Shown here: positions 12,161-21,731 of the stretch, piece by piece | Layout of the letters: each line of letters starts with the position of its first letter | Numbering within the stretch: position 1 is the stretch's first letter | Source: Clostridia bacterium | Lineage (GTDB): Bacteria > Bacillota > Clostridia > TANB77 > CAG-508 | NCBI GenBank assembly: GCA_017510825.1 | Contig: JAFWMA010000004.1 | Location: forward strand, 40,987 to 104,986 | DNA length: 64,000 bases | Direction: 5' to 3' | Made by a program: the position numbers and the translations under genes | Notes under the pieces: generated by a model | Databases searched by the model: none | What the model was told of the DNA's origin: nothing | Seen by the model: only the letters and a program-made list of their open reading frames with translations

Positions 12161-12887
12161 ATGTCAAATATAAAAGGTAGAGTTCACTCATTTGAATCAT
12201 TTGGAACACTAGATGGGCCACGGAATAAGATTTGTTGTATTTATGCAGGGGTGCATATTAAAATGTAAATATTGTCAAAATAGAGACACATGGAATAGAC
12301 AAGGTGGAAGAGAATACACAATTGATGAAATAATAAAAAAAATAAAAAGAGAAAAGTCATTTATTGATGCATCACAGGGAGGAGTAACAATATCAGGAGG
12401 AGAACCCTTGCTTCAGGCAAACTTTATACTAGAATTGTTCAAAGAATTAAAAAAACAAAATATAAGTACTGCCATAGATACATCAGGTGCAATTAAAATT
12501 AATAAAACAATAATTGATCTACTAAAATATACAGACCTAGTATTGTTAGACATAAAACATATAGATGAGGGGAAGAGTATTGAATTAACAGGTTTATCAA
12601 ACAAAAACGAACTAGAGTTTGCAAAATATTGTTCAGATAATAAAATCAATTTATGGATAAGACAAGTATTAATTCCAAAATATACAGATAATAAAGAAGA
12701 TCTTGAAAAAACATATAATTTTATAAAAACACTAAAAACTGTAAAAAAAGTTGAAATTTTACCATATCATAATTTAGGAAAATATAAATGGGAAAGATTA
12801 GGATTAAAATATCCATTTGAAGAAGTAAGTACACCAAGCATAGAAGATATAGAAAAAGCAAAAAAAATACTAAATATAAAAGAATAA
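12161..12887 (+). CDS. pflA: pyruvate formate-lyase activating enzyme, interrupted by an apparent 1-nt insertion
   Basis: The frame from ATG 12161 (RBS GGAAGAGAG) gives MSNIKGRVHSFESFGTLDGP and then stops. The next frame, from 12213, gives GIRFVVFMQGCILKCKYCQNRDTW, the radical-SAM CxxxCxxC motif. An extra c after ggg cca (about 12219-12221) breaks the conserved DGPGIRF. Confidence 0.7.
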
Positions 12888-12936
12888 ATATATTTAAATA
12901 ATAATATATAATAGTAAAAACAAAGAAGAGAGTAAG

Positions 12937-12962
12937 AAAGCTTTACTAAAAGCTTTCAATTT
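12937..12962 (+). terminator. hairpin GAAAGCTTT-ACTAAA-AGCTTTC after pflA
   Basis: Perfect inverted repeat directly downstream of the pflA stop codon. Confidence 0.5.
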
Positions 12963-13812
12963 GTTGTATTGAGAGTTGCGTGAAATGTAAGTTTTGCGCA
13001 AAAAGAGATAGGAGAAAAACATGTATATGTAAAAAGCTCCTATCTCGCTATGTTTTAGGCTTTTCAGTACTTTTAGACTAATATTTAAAACAACAACTTA
13101 TATTACTTTATTATTAAAATGTCTTATATTCGATCCTGGAGCTTCATTTATTTAAGCTTATTCCAGGATTTTAATTTTATCTTATATAATTTCATTTCAA
13201 AAAATTTTTATTATTATAATTTTATATCTATTATATGAAAAATTTTTCAAAAATCTCCAAATCCTTTATTTTCAACATTTTGCCGTTTTTTATAGACAAC
13301 AAACTATATGCCCTTTTTATAAAAACGCCTTAAAATCGATTCTCGTGCGTCGTTTTTTTGACCATTTTTCAGCAATTTTCAGAAAGTGTTAATTTACCAA
13401 TATTTATAGCTGATTAATATAAATTTTACTTTAAATCAAATATTTAGATTATAAATCTTAAACATGTAACTTGTTAGATTAAATATAAAAATGTCTTAAA
13501 ATCAATTTTAAAGCGTTTAATTTATAAAATAATATTAGTAGTTTAATAATTAAATCTGATTTGTAAATTTATAAAATTATCCATTATAATATGTTAAAAT
13601 TTCATTCATAACAAATGTTCGGTTTTTAATTTTATTGTTCGTAATTTTAATTTTTTATTTATAAATTTTATTTTTATGATTTTGCTTAAGTAAAATTTTT
13701 TTTGAAATACTTTTTGTAAGGTCTTAAGATTTAGTTTTGAAATTTTATTTATTTTTAAAATCTTCAATTTTTTAAAACTACCTCTCTCTCCTACTTTTAT
13801 ATTTTTACAGAA

Positions 13813-13848
13813 AAAAACTTTTGGATGGTAGGCTCCAAAAGTTTTTTT
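13813..13848. terminator. bidirectional terminator-like hairpin AAAAAACTTTTGGA...TCCAAAAGTTTTTTT
   Basis: An 8-bp stem flanked by an A-run and a T-run, immediately 3' of the reverse-strand 13851..14240 gene. Confidence 0.55.
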
Positions 13849-13850
13849 AT

Positions 13851-14240
13851 TTACAATCTAATTTTAACATTATAACCTGTAAAAATTTCTATTTTCTCTT
13901 TAATTGCCAATTCAGCATCTCTGCATGAATAACTCTCATCAAGACTAAAGTGGGCGTTTGCAACAATAAGAAGTTTTTTTGGTGAATCAGAAACGATTTC
14001 AATTTTATAAATATCATCCTGCGTCATTTGATCTTTCATAGTAGATAAAACCTCTTTTTTAGCATATTCAATCACTTCTTCTTCCGACAGATCTAATCTA
14101 AATGCTGCTTCAATGTCTTCATTTTCGAATAGAAGTTTAAGAACTCTTACTATAATATCATAAGATCTTAATAAACTATTATCTTCTTTTAATTTTGGAC
14201 CTATAACCCGAACTACATCTTCTAAAGTAATAGCTTCCAT
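13851..14240 (-). CDS. small protein, possibly Asp23/Gls24 (alkaline-shock) family
   Basis: ATG at 14240 preceded by AGGAGG. The ORF track extends it to a TTG at 14258. The C-terminal ...AELAIKEKIEIFTGYNVKIRL loosely resembles the Asp23 C-terminus. Confidence 0.35.
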   Translation of the reverse strand: MEAITLEDVVRVIGPKLKEDNSLLRSYDIIVRVLKLLFENEDIEAAFRLDLSEEEVIEYAKKEVLSTMKDQMTQDDIYKIEIVSDSPKKLLIVANAHFSLDESYSCRDAELAIKEKIEIFTGYNVKIRL

Positions 14241-14679
14241 AATATACCTCCTAAGCAATTGCTTAATTGATTTAGTACATGTCCTACCACATTACTAATT
14301 ACTTAATGAATTCTTGTTGATTATATCATTTTTTTGCATATATTGCAATTATTTAGGAGGTACTATTATCAAAGTTTTGCGCAATAAAGAATAGGAGTAA
14401 AATATATGGACGACCTACCCAGGTGTCCTACAACATATTGATATATCAATGCTTTTAGCGCTTTATAGCTTATTTTTTAGTTTTCTAAAACTCCCCCCTC
14501 TCTCCTACTCTTCTTCTTTTGGTAAAATCAGATTTTGTACTTTTTATTACTCCAATTACAAGTATTAAATCTATATTCAAAAAATATTACACTTCAGTGA
14601 TTTAATCAATAATTTATTGCATTTTAAATAATAATAATATATAATAAAATTATCAACTAATATAAAAGGAGTTTAATAT

Positions 14680-15675
14680 ATGATTAATATAGATGACAAC
14701 CCAGAATTTTTAAATACATTTTTAGAATACTCACTTGCTTATAAACACAAATCTCCAAATTCTGTTGATCAATATAATAGTGATTTAATAATGTTTTTAA
14801 GATATATGAAATATCATTTAAAATTAACTAAAGAAAAAGAATTTAGCAAAATAATTATAAAAGATTTTTCAATTTCACAATTGTCTATAATAACTCAAGA
14901 AGATATACATTCTTTTATATCATATTTATCAATAAATAGAAGGTGTGGTCCAGCTACTTGTGCCCGAAAGATTTCAACAATAAGAATTTTCTTCAAATAC
15001 TTAACTATTACAACACATGTATTATCAACAAATCCAGCCCAAAACTTAGAAACTCCAAAACTGAACAAACGACTACCAAAATATCTTACTTTAGAAGATA
15101 GCCAAAAGCTACTTAATGCAACACAAGCAGATGAAGATTCTAAAAATAGTGAAAGAGATTTTGCAATAATAACATTGTTTTTAAATTGTGGTTTACGTCT
15201 TTCAGAACTAGTATCTATAAACATATCTGACATTAAATTTGATGAATGTAAATTAACAGTTATAGGAAAAGGAAATAAAGAAAGAACTATTTATCTTAAT
15301 AAAGCTTGCATAAAAGCAATAAATAATTATTTAAAAATAAGACCAAATAATGCAAAAAAAGATTCTAAAAACTCAGATAAAGCATTATTTTTAAGTGCAT
15401 ATAGACAACGTATAAGTAAAAGAACTGTAGAAAATATAGTAACCAAAAAACTCCAAAAGGCTGGTCTAGATACATCAAAATACTCAACTCATAAATTAAG
15501 ACATACTGCAGCAACTTTAATGTATCAATATGGTCAAGTAGACATACGTGCACTACAAGAATTACTTGGACATGAAAGTATTGCAACTACTGAAATATAT
15601 ACACATGTTGACAATAATCAAGTACGTCTTGCAGTTGAGTCTAACCCATTATCTGATTTTGGAACAAAAAAATAA
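14680..15675 (+). CDS. tyrosine site-specific recombinase (XerD/XerC-like)
   Basis: 331 aa. N-terminal SAM-like domain, then C-terminal ...HKLRHTAATLMYQYGQVDIRALQELLGHESIATTEIYTHV containing the R-H-R-Y catalytic residues. The flanking genes are housekeeping genes, so a chromosomal Xer is more likely than a phage integrase. Confidence 0.75.
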   Translation: MINIDDNPEFLNTFLEYSLAYKHKSPNSVDQYNSDLIMFLRYMKYHLKLTKEKEFSKIIIKDFSISQLSIITQEDIHSFISYLSINRRCGPATCARKISTIRIFFKYLTITTHVLSTNPAQNLETPKLNKRLPKYLTLEDSQKLLNATQADEDSKNSERDFAIITLFLNCGLRLSELVSINISDIKFDECKLTVIGKGNKERTIYLNKACIKAINNYLKIRPNNAKKDSKNSDKALFLSAYRQRISKRTVENIVTKKLQKAGLDTSKYSTHKLRHTAATLMYQYGQVDIRALQELLGHESIATTEIYTHVDNNQVRLAVESNPLSDFGTKK

Positions 15676-15809
15676 CAAACTATATCACCTAAATCAATAA
15701 ATAATCATAAAATATAGTATAATTATGAAAACAAATTATGCTATATTTTTTTGGTTTATAGATTCCATAAAAATCTAAATAATAGTTCAAGGAGAAAGTT
15801 AATTAATAA

Positions 15810-16388
15810 ATGAGTTTACAAAAAATAAATATAGGCTTTGCTATAACTGGATCTTTTTGTACATTTTCTAAAACAATTATACAAATAAAGAAAATAATTA
15901 AAGAAGGAGCAAATGTTATTCCTATTATGTCATATAATTCATACAATCTTAATACAAAGTTTGGTAAAGCCCAAGATTATATTAAGGAAATTGAAGAAAT
16001 AACAAAAAATAAAATTATTCATTCGATTAAAGAAGCTGAACCTATTGGACCAAAAAAAATAACAGATATAATGATCGTTGCTCCAGCATCAGGAAACACA
16101 ATTGCAAAATTAGCTAATGGAATTAATGATACACCCATAACTATGGCAGTAAAATCACATTTAAGAAATAGCAAACCACTTGTTTTAGCAATTTCAACTA
16201 ATGATGCATTAAGTGGTAGTGCAGAAAATATTGGGAAGCTATTAAACAGAACGAACTACTATTTTGTACCATTTAGGCAAGATAATCCAATCACAAAACC
16301 TCGATCAATAGTTTTCGACCCAAATTATATAATTAAAACAATTAAATATGCAATGAATAATGAACAAATACAACCTATATTACTTTAA
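15810..16388 (+). CDS. flavoprotein of the dipicolinate synthase subunit B / CoaC-like family
   Basis: 192 aa. The family pattern is INIGFAITGSFCTF...VAPASGNTIAKLANGINDTP. No dpaA-like partner was seen. Confidence 0.5.
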   Translation: MSLQKINIGFAITGSFCTFSKTIIQIKKIIKEGANVIPIMSYNSYNLNTKFGKAQDYIKEIEEITKNKIIHSIKEAEPIGPKKITDIMIVAPASGNTIAKLANGINDTPITMAVKSHLRNSKPLVLAISTNDALSGSAENIGKLLNRTNYYFVPFRQDNPITKPRSIVFDPNYIIKTIKYAMNNEQIQPILL

Positions 16389-16451
16389 AATAACTAACTC
16401 CCAGTTGCTACACAATCTGGGAGTTTAATAATTATAATAGAATTAAAAAAA

Positions 16452-17348
16452 CTAATTACTATTTTTTGATCCACTCATAGTTTCATTCAAAAAATCTTTA
16501 TAAGTAGATTTTATTTTTATCTCTGGATTAGTAAAACTAATACTACCTTTATTATCTATCGAATAAGTATAAGTAGCATCAACTGGCGTATTCTGTGGAA
16601 TTGAATTTACTATACTTTTATCACTAGATGGTTTACCGTTATATGTAATAACTCCACCATTACTTTTTCTAGTTGCCTGAATAATAATAGAATTATCAAT
16701 AAACTCAACACTTTCAATAATCATTCCTTTATTTTTGCTATCTAGGTCATATAATTCTTCAATTTTACCATTTTTATCTACTATATATAAGCGAATATTA
16801 CGATAATCAACTGAATTATGATTAGTAAATACTAAATATTCTCCTACTTTATAAAAATTAAAAGTAAATGACGGATTAGCATCTGTCTTAAAATCACTAT
16901 TATATAAACCGTCCTTAATAGTTTCACTATTATTAATATTTATTTCAATACTATTACTATCAGAATCTGTAATCTTCAATTTAGCCTTATAATCACTATC
17001 CAATTGATATTCTTTCTCTCTTCCCTTTTCTTTAACAATCTTTATACTATAACATTTAATTTGCTGCTTAGCTGAAGAGAATTTAACATTAGAATCTAAA
17101 GTTGAAACATTATTTCCAATAATATTAATTACTCCTTCTGGTACAGAATTATAGTCGTAATCAACATCTTGTAAATTACTTTTCTCTGCATTATCCCTGA
17201 TTTTATTATTTTCTTCCCCTACTTTCTTAAATTGACTGAAAAAGTAAAAAGCAATAACTAGAACAATTATTACAAACATAATAATTGTAATTATAATTAT
17301 TATATTACTAATTGAGGTGTTTTTTTTATTTCCCATGTTTTCCTCCAA
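16452..17348 (-). CDS. hypothetical membrane-anchored protein
   Basis: 298 aa with an N-terminal TM helix (IIIIITIIMFVIIVLVIAFYFF) and then an extracytoplasmic domain. Confidence 0.4.
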   Translation of the reverse strand: MEENMGNKKNTSISNIIIIITIIMFVIIVLVIAFYFFSQFKKVGEENNKIRDNAEKSNLQDVDYDYNSVPEGVINIIGNNVSTLDSNVKFSSAKQQIKCYSIKIVKEKGREKEYQLDSDYKAKLKITDSDSNSIEININNSETIKDGLYNSDFKTDANPSFTFNFYKVGEYLVFTNHNSVDYRNIRLYIVDKNGKIEELYDLDSKNKGMIIESVEFIDNSIIIQATRKSNGGVITYNGKPSSDKSIVNSIPQNTPVDATYTYSIDNKGSISFTNPEIKIKSTYKDFLNETMSGSKNSN

Positions 17349-17400
17349 ATTTCATTTGATTATATAAGTATAATATCAAAACCTTTCTTTATTGTCAACA

Positions 17401-18510
17401 TTACTTTGACATAAATTTCAAGTATGCAAAAATAAATTCATTTAAATCTCCATCCATTACTTTTTGGACATTTCCTACTTCATAATTTGTTCTATGATCT
17501 TTAACCATTGTGTAAGGGCAAAATACATATGAACGTATTTGACTTCCCCATGCAATATCCATTTGTATTCCCTTTAAATCTTCAATTGTTTCTTTATTCT
17601 CTTTTTCTTTTAAATTAATTAATTTAGATTTTAGCATTTTCATAGCGGTATCTTTATTTTGAAATTGGCTCCTTTGAGTTTGACAAGATACTATAATTCC
17701 AGTTGGAATGTGTGTTAGTCTAACAGCAGATGATGTTTTATTAATATGTTGACCACCAGCACCAGAAGCTCTAAAAACATCCATTTTTATATCATCAGGA
17801 TTAATATAAACATCTTCATTATCATCTATTTCTGGTAATACTTCAATAGATGCAAAAGAAGTATGTCTCCTTCCCCCTGCATCAAATGGTGAAATTCTTA
17901 CAAGTCTATGAACTCCATGTTCAGATTTTAAATATCCATAAGCATAATCCCCCATTACAGAAAATGTTACACTTTTAACTCCAGCTTCGTCACCAGCTAG
18001 ATAGTCGAGTTCTTCTAGCTTAAAATCATTCGCTTCAGCCCATCTTACATACATTCTATACAGCATTTCAGCCCAATCCATTGCTTCAGTTCCTCCAGCA
18101 CCAGGATGTATAGTAATAATAGCATTATTTTTATCATATTTATCAGAAAACAAAGTTTGGATTTCAAGTTCCTCTAATTTCTTTGTAATTTTTTTTATAG
18201 AATTCTCAACTTCACTTTTTAAATCATAATCTTCATCATTTTCTTCTTTTAATAATTCTAGCATTTCTCCTACAGCTATTATTTCATTCTCAATCTTCTT
18301 ATATTTAGTTATTTTTTTCTTAATTTCTGCAATTCTACCAGATACTTTAGACGAGGTTTCAGGATTATTCCAAAAACCATATTTTGAAGTTTCTATCTCT
18401 AATTGTTTTAATTCATTTTCTAAATCATTTAGAGAAATAGAATTTTTCAGCTCTTTAATTTTTAGCAATTGACTCTGATTTTCTTTTAATAATCCATCAA
18501 TCTCAATCAT
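17401..18510 (-). CDS. prfB: peptide chain release factor 2
   Basis: 369 aa, with the SPF tripeptide (ISPFDAGGRR) and the GGQ motif (SGAGGQHINKT). The reading frame is continuous, with no programmed +1 frameshift site. Confidence 0.9.
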   Translation of the reverse strand: MIEIDGLLKENQSQLLKIKELKNSISLNDLENELKQLEIETSKYGFWNNPETSSKVSGRIAEIKKKITKYKKIENEIIAVGEMLELLKEENDEDYDLKSEVENSIKKITKKLEELEIQTLFSDKYDKNNAIITIHPGAGGTEAMDWAEMLYRMYVRWAEANDFKLEELDYLAGDEAGVKSVTFSVMGDYAYGYLKSEHGVHRLVRISPFDAGGRRHTSFASIEVLPEIDDNEDVYINPDDIKMDVFRASGAGGQHINKTSSAVRLTHIPTGIIVSCQTQRSQFQNKDTAMKMLKSKLINLKEKENKETIEDLKGIQMDIAWGSQIRSYVFCPYTMVKDHRTNYEVGNVQKVMDGDLNEFIFAYLKFMSK

Positions 18511-18529
18511 AAATCATTTTCTCCTTTTA

Positions 18530-19786
18530 TCAACAATAGTCTAACACATATGTAATTATACTTCTCTTATTAATTTTATCTCTAATTAATTGATTTTTAA
18601 TTTTAATATTCAAATCCTTTATTTTATTACTTTTATTTAAAATAGTAATATAAACCTTATCATTTTTTAAACCAACTACTTGTAACTCATCATTTCTATC
18701 ATATGTACTATTATATATTACTTTAGCTTTTCCTGCAATTCCAATATGTTTTAAATAATAAAAAATCGGAGTCTTAATAAAATCATTTTCTTTTTTATTT
18801 AAGATAATAGGACTTTTACAATAATTCCTTTTATGATTTGGCCCACCTTTATAATTTAAAAGCATATTCCAATCCAAGAAAACATTGAGTCCATTATTAA
18901 TTCCTTTTATTATTTCATTTAAATAGTTCTCTGCATCAATAATCCATTTTATTCGATTATATTTTGAAAAACCACAACACATTTCAGTTTCAAATAATAA
19001 CATATTAGGATAATTTTCTTTTAGCAGTTTTAGTTCATTATAAAATCCACCAGTATACCAATGAAATCCAATACCTACTATAGCACTATTTTTTTCATAA
19101 AGTTCATTAAAAACATTGTACAGATTTTCTTTATTATGATCCCATAGAATTAACTTCGTATAATTTAATTTTGGTATTAAAAATTTATAAATAAACTCTT
19201 TGTACTCTTGTATTTCAAAGTAGCAAGATTCCCATACCTGATTCGCCAAAGGCTCATTTTGAACAGATAAATAATTAATTATCACATCAGAAAAATTATA
19301 ATCTTTAATACAATTACATAAATAATTAGCATAATCATCATATTTGTTTCTTAATAATTTACCACCATAAAGTGAATTATTATCTTTGAACTTAGATGGT
19401 GGACTCCATGGAGTCGCAATTATTTCAATACTATATTTTGCAATAATTTGTTTTATTATCTTCACATTTTCACCAAAGCTAAATGTATAATCATCTTCAG
19501 ATTTCAGAGAAAAATCTGTAGAACCAACAGGAATTCTTAAATAACTGTAGTTTAGCTCATTAAAATAATTATGTAATAATGCATCTCTCTGTTCATTATT
19601 TAATTTATTAAAATTATAAACTGTTGAACCAGTTAAAGCTCCCCCAAGACCTAACCAGTCTTGACAAATTATTTCCGGATAAATATTTATAATGTTATTT
19701 TCTTCAATATAATCAATTGCCAAATCAACGCACAATTCTTTAAAAAACATTTTTTTTCTAATATCAGTTACAATTTTTTTTATCAT
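18530..19786 (-). CDS. glycoside hydrolase family 30-like protein (glucosylceramidase/xylanase fold)
   Basis: Motifs IATPWSPPSKFKDN, LSVQNEP (the acid/base Glu context) and GFHWY. No signal peptide. Confidence 0.6.
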   Translation of the reverse strand: MIKKIVTDIRKKMFFKELCVDLAIDYIEENNIINIYPEIICQDWLGLGGALTGSTVYNFNKLNNEQRDALLHNYFNELNYSYLRIPVGSTDFSLKSEDDYTFSFGENVKIIKQIIAKYSIEIIATPWSPPSKFKDNNSLYGGKLLRNKYDDYANYLCNCIKDYNFSDVIINYLSVQNEPLANQVWESCYFEIQEYKEFIYKFLIPKLNYTKLILWDHNKENLYNVFNELYEKNSAIVGIGFHWYTGGFYNELKLLKENYPNMLLFETEMCCGFSKYNRIKWIIDAENYLNEIIKGINNGLNVFLDWNMLLNYKGGPNHKRNYCKSPIILNKKENDFIKTPIFYYLKHIGIAGKAKVIYNSTYDRNDELQVVGLKNDKVYITILNKSNKIKDLNIKIKNQLIRDKINKRSIITYVLDYC

Positions 19787-19905
19787 ACCTATTCCTCATT
19801 ATACATATATTATATAATATGTTTATAAAAAATAAAAGATTATCCTATATAAAAAAGGATAATCTTTGCGTTTTAACCTAAATTATTATCAATATGGTTG
19901 TACTT

Positions 19906-21093
19906 TTATAATATTAAAAATCTCCGCTCAAATTGATGTTCTGCCCTTTTAGACATTCTTTTAGTTTTATTCCATATACTAGTCTTAGTATTTTCTTTAA
20001 ATCTCGTTCCAGTTTTATTTTTTCTGTTTTGACTTTTACTATCTATTTTATCAGCACTATCAATATGCTCCAAACTTTCATATACTTTTTCATCCTGTTT
20101 AACAATCATAGGATACAATTCAAATTTAATTTTAAATATTTTGAAATCCTCTAATTCATTCTTATCTAAACAATCCAAATAAACATCTAATTCATAAATA
20201 TTTCTACAAGCTGAAATAATTGCCGGATGCAAAAATCTTTTTCCAATCATTTCAGTAGCTAATACTATGCTGTCAAAAATACTATAACCTTCTCTTTCTT
20301 TAGCAAGTTTCATTGTTTCTTTATATCTACTAAGAAATTGAAAATTATAGTCTGAAAAATCTCTTACAAAGTTTTCATTAATTACTTCTTCTAAATCTTT
20401 GTATTTACTATTTTCATTATTATAAATCTGTTCAACTTCTTTTGCTGTATATGGTAAAAATACTTTGTTGAGCTTTTCTGATATTAATAAAGTATCATTA
20501 TTTTTCAATTCTTTTTCTCCTATTTTTTTATTTGATTGAAGATTTTCTGTAGAAATTTCTTTTTTTTCACTTGTATTTTCGACATTTGATATAAGTTTAT
20601 CATCATACTTATTACTTTTCTCAATTGTTTTTTCTAATACTAATGTTTTTTTCTCATTTGCTTTTTCATGTTTTAATGAAGACTCAGTAATCACACTCTT
20701 AATAAATAATACATTAGTATTATCCTCAGAAAGATAATAGTTTAAAAACTTATCTTTTATTTCTTCATATTTTTTATTGTATGAGTATATTTTTTTTCTT
20801 TCCAAATTCATTTTTTTAGATAGATTACATTTGCTAAGCATTTCATCTAATAAAGATATATTTTTATCAATTATTTGAATTTCCTTTTTAAAATTGGCAA
20901 GACTATTATTTAATTCTTGTTCACTTATTTTATTTCTATACTCAATATTAGAATCCTTATGATTTTTAATATAATTTAAATAAACGTGATATAAATTAAT
21001 CCTATTTTCATATAAATCTTTATACTTATTAAGTTCAATAATATCTTGATTAATTTGTTCTTTCCAAGAATTTTTTTTGTAATAAATTATCAT
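19906..21093 (-). CDS. hypothetical Lys/Glu-rich coiled-coil protein
   Basis: 395 aa. Its start overlaps the sipW-like stop in an ATGA arrangement, and it is followed by a rho-independent terminator at 19836-19870. Confidence 0.4.
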   Translation of the reverse strand: MIIYYKKNSWKEQINQDIIELNKYKDLYENRINLYHVYLNYIKNHKDSNIEYRNKISEQELNNSLANFKKEIQIIDKNISLLDEMLSKCNLSKKMNLERKKIYSYNKKYEEIKDKFLNYYLSEDNTNVLFIKSVITESSLKHEKANEKKTLVLEKTIEKSNKYDDKLISNVENTSEKKEISTENLQSNKKIGEKELKNNDTLLISEKLNKVFLPYTAKEVEQIYNNENSKYKDLEEVINENFVRDFSDYNFQFLSRYKETMKLAKEREGYSIFDSIVLATEMIGKRFLHPAIISACRNIYELDVYLDCLDKNELEDFKIFKIKFELYPMIVKQDEKVYESLEHIDSADKIDSKSQNRKNKTGTRFKENTKTSIWNKTKRMSKRAEHQFERRFLIL

Positions 21094-21710
21094 ATTATAT
21101 CTTCCTCTTCATATTTAGCAGTATTATAGTGCTTTCTAGCATCTTCTCTTGCAATCCTTCTCTCCTCTTTTCTACTTGATCTAAAATAAGAAACTATAAT
21201 TAGTAAACAAATAATAACAATACCTGTCCCAGTAAGCATATTAGTAAGAACAGATCCAAGTTTACTTATTTTAAAAACTAAAGTTCCTTGAATTTGATTA
21301 GGATGTACAAGTTCATTATCAACTGAATTGTTATTATCACCTTTAGTTTGATACAGTGTTTCTCCATTTTCAACTATAATATCAGAAATTCTATGAGTTA
21401 CTGTATCTTTTTTATTATCTAAAACATAATTAATAACGTCTCCTACTTTCAAGTCTTGAATAGAAGTCTCTCTTATAATAATTAAATCACCAATATTATA
21501 GTTTGGCTCCATACTCCCAGTCATAACCATATAAGCTCTATATCCTAATATATTGATATTTTCTTCATGTTTAACAAATTTCATATAACCCGCATATAGA
21601 ATTAATAAGAGAATTGCTGCAGTAAAAGGAAAAAATATAATTTTTAATACACTTCTTATTTTATTACTATTACTTTTCTTTTTTTTAATAATTTCTGTTG
21701 TATAAATCAT
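21090..21710 (-). CDS. sipW: signal peptidase I, archaeal/ER type (SipW-like)
   Basis: 206 aa. N-terminal TM, catalytic Ser box YMVMTGSMEPNYNIGDLIII, His box DTVTHRISD, box E TKGDNNNSVD, and a C-terminal TM. Confidence 0.75.
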   Translation of the reverse strand: MIYTTEIIKKKKSNSNKIRSVLKIIFFPFTAAILLLILYAGYMKFVKHEENINILGYRAYMVMTGSMEPNYNIGDLIIIRETSIQDLKVGDVINYVLDNKKDTVTHRISDIIVENGETLYQTKGDNNNSVDNELVHPNQIQGTLVFKISKLGSVLTNMLTGTGIVIICLLIIVSYFRSSRKEERRIAREDARKHYNTAKYEEEDII

Positions 21711-21731
21711 ATTTTCTCCTTTATCATTAAC

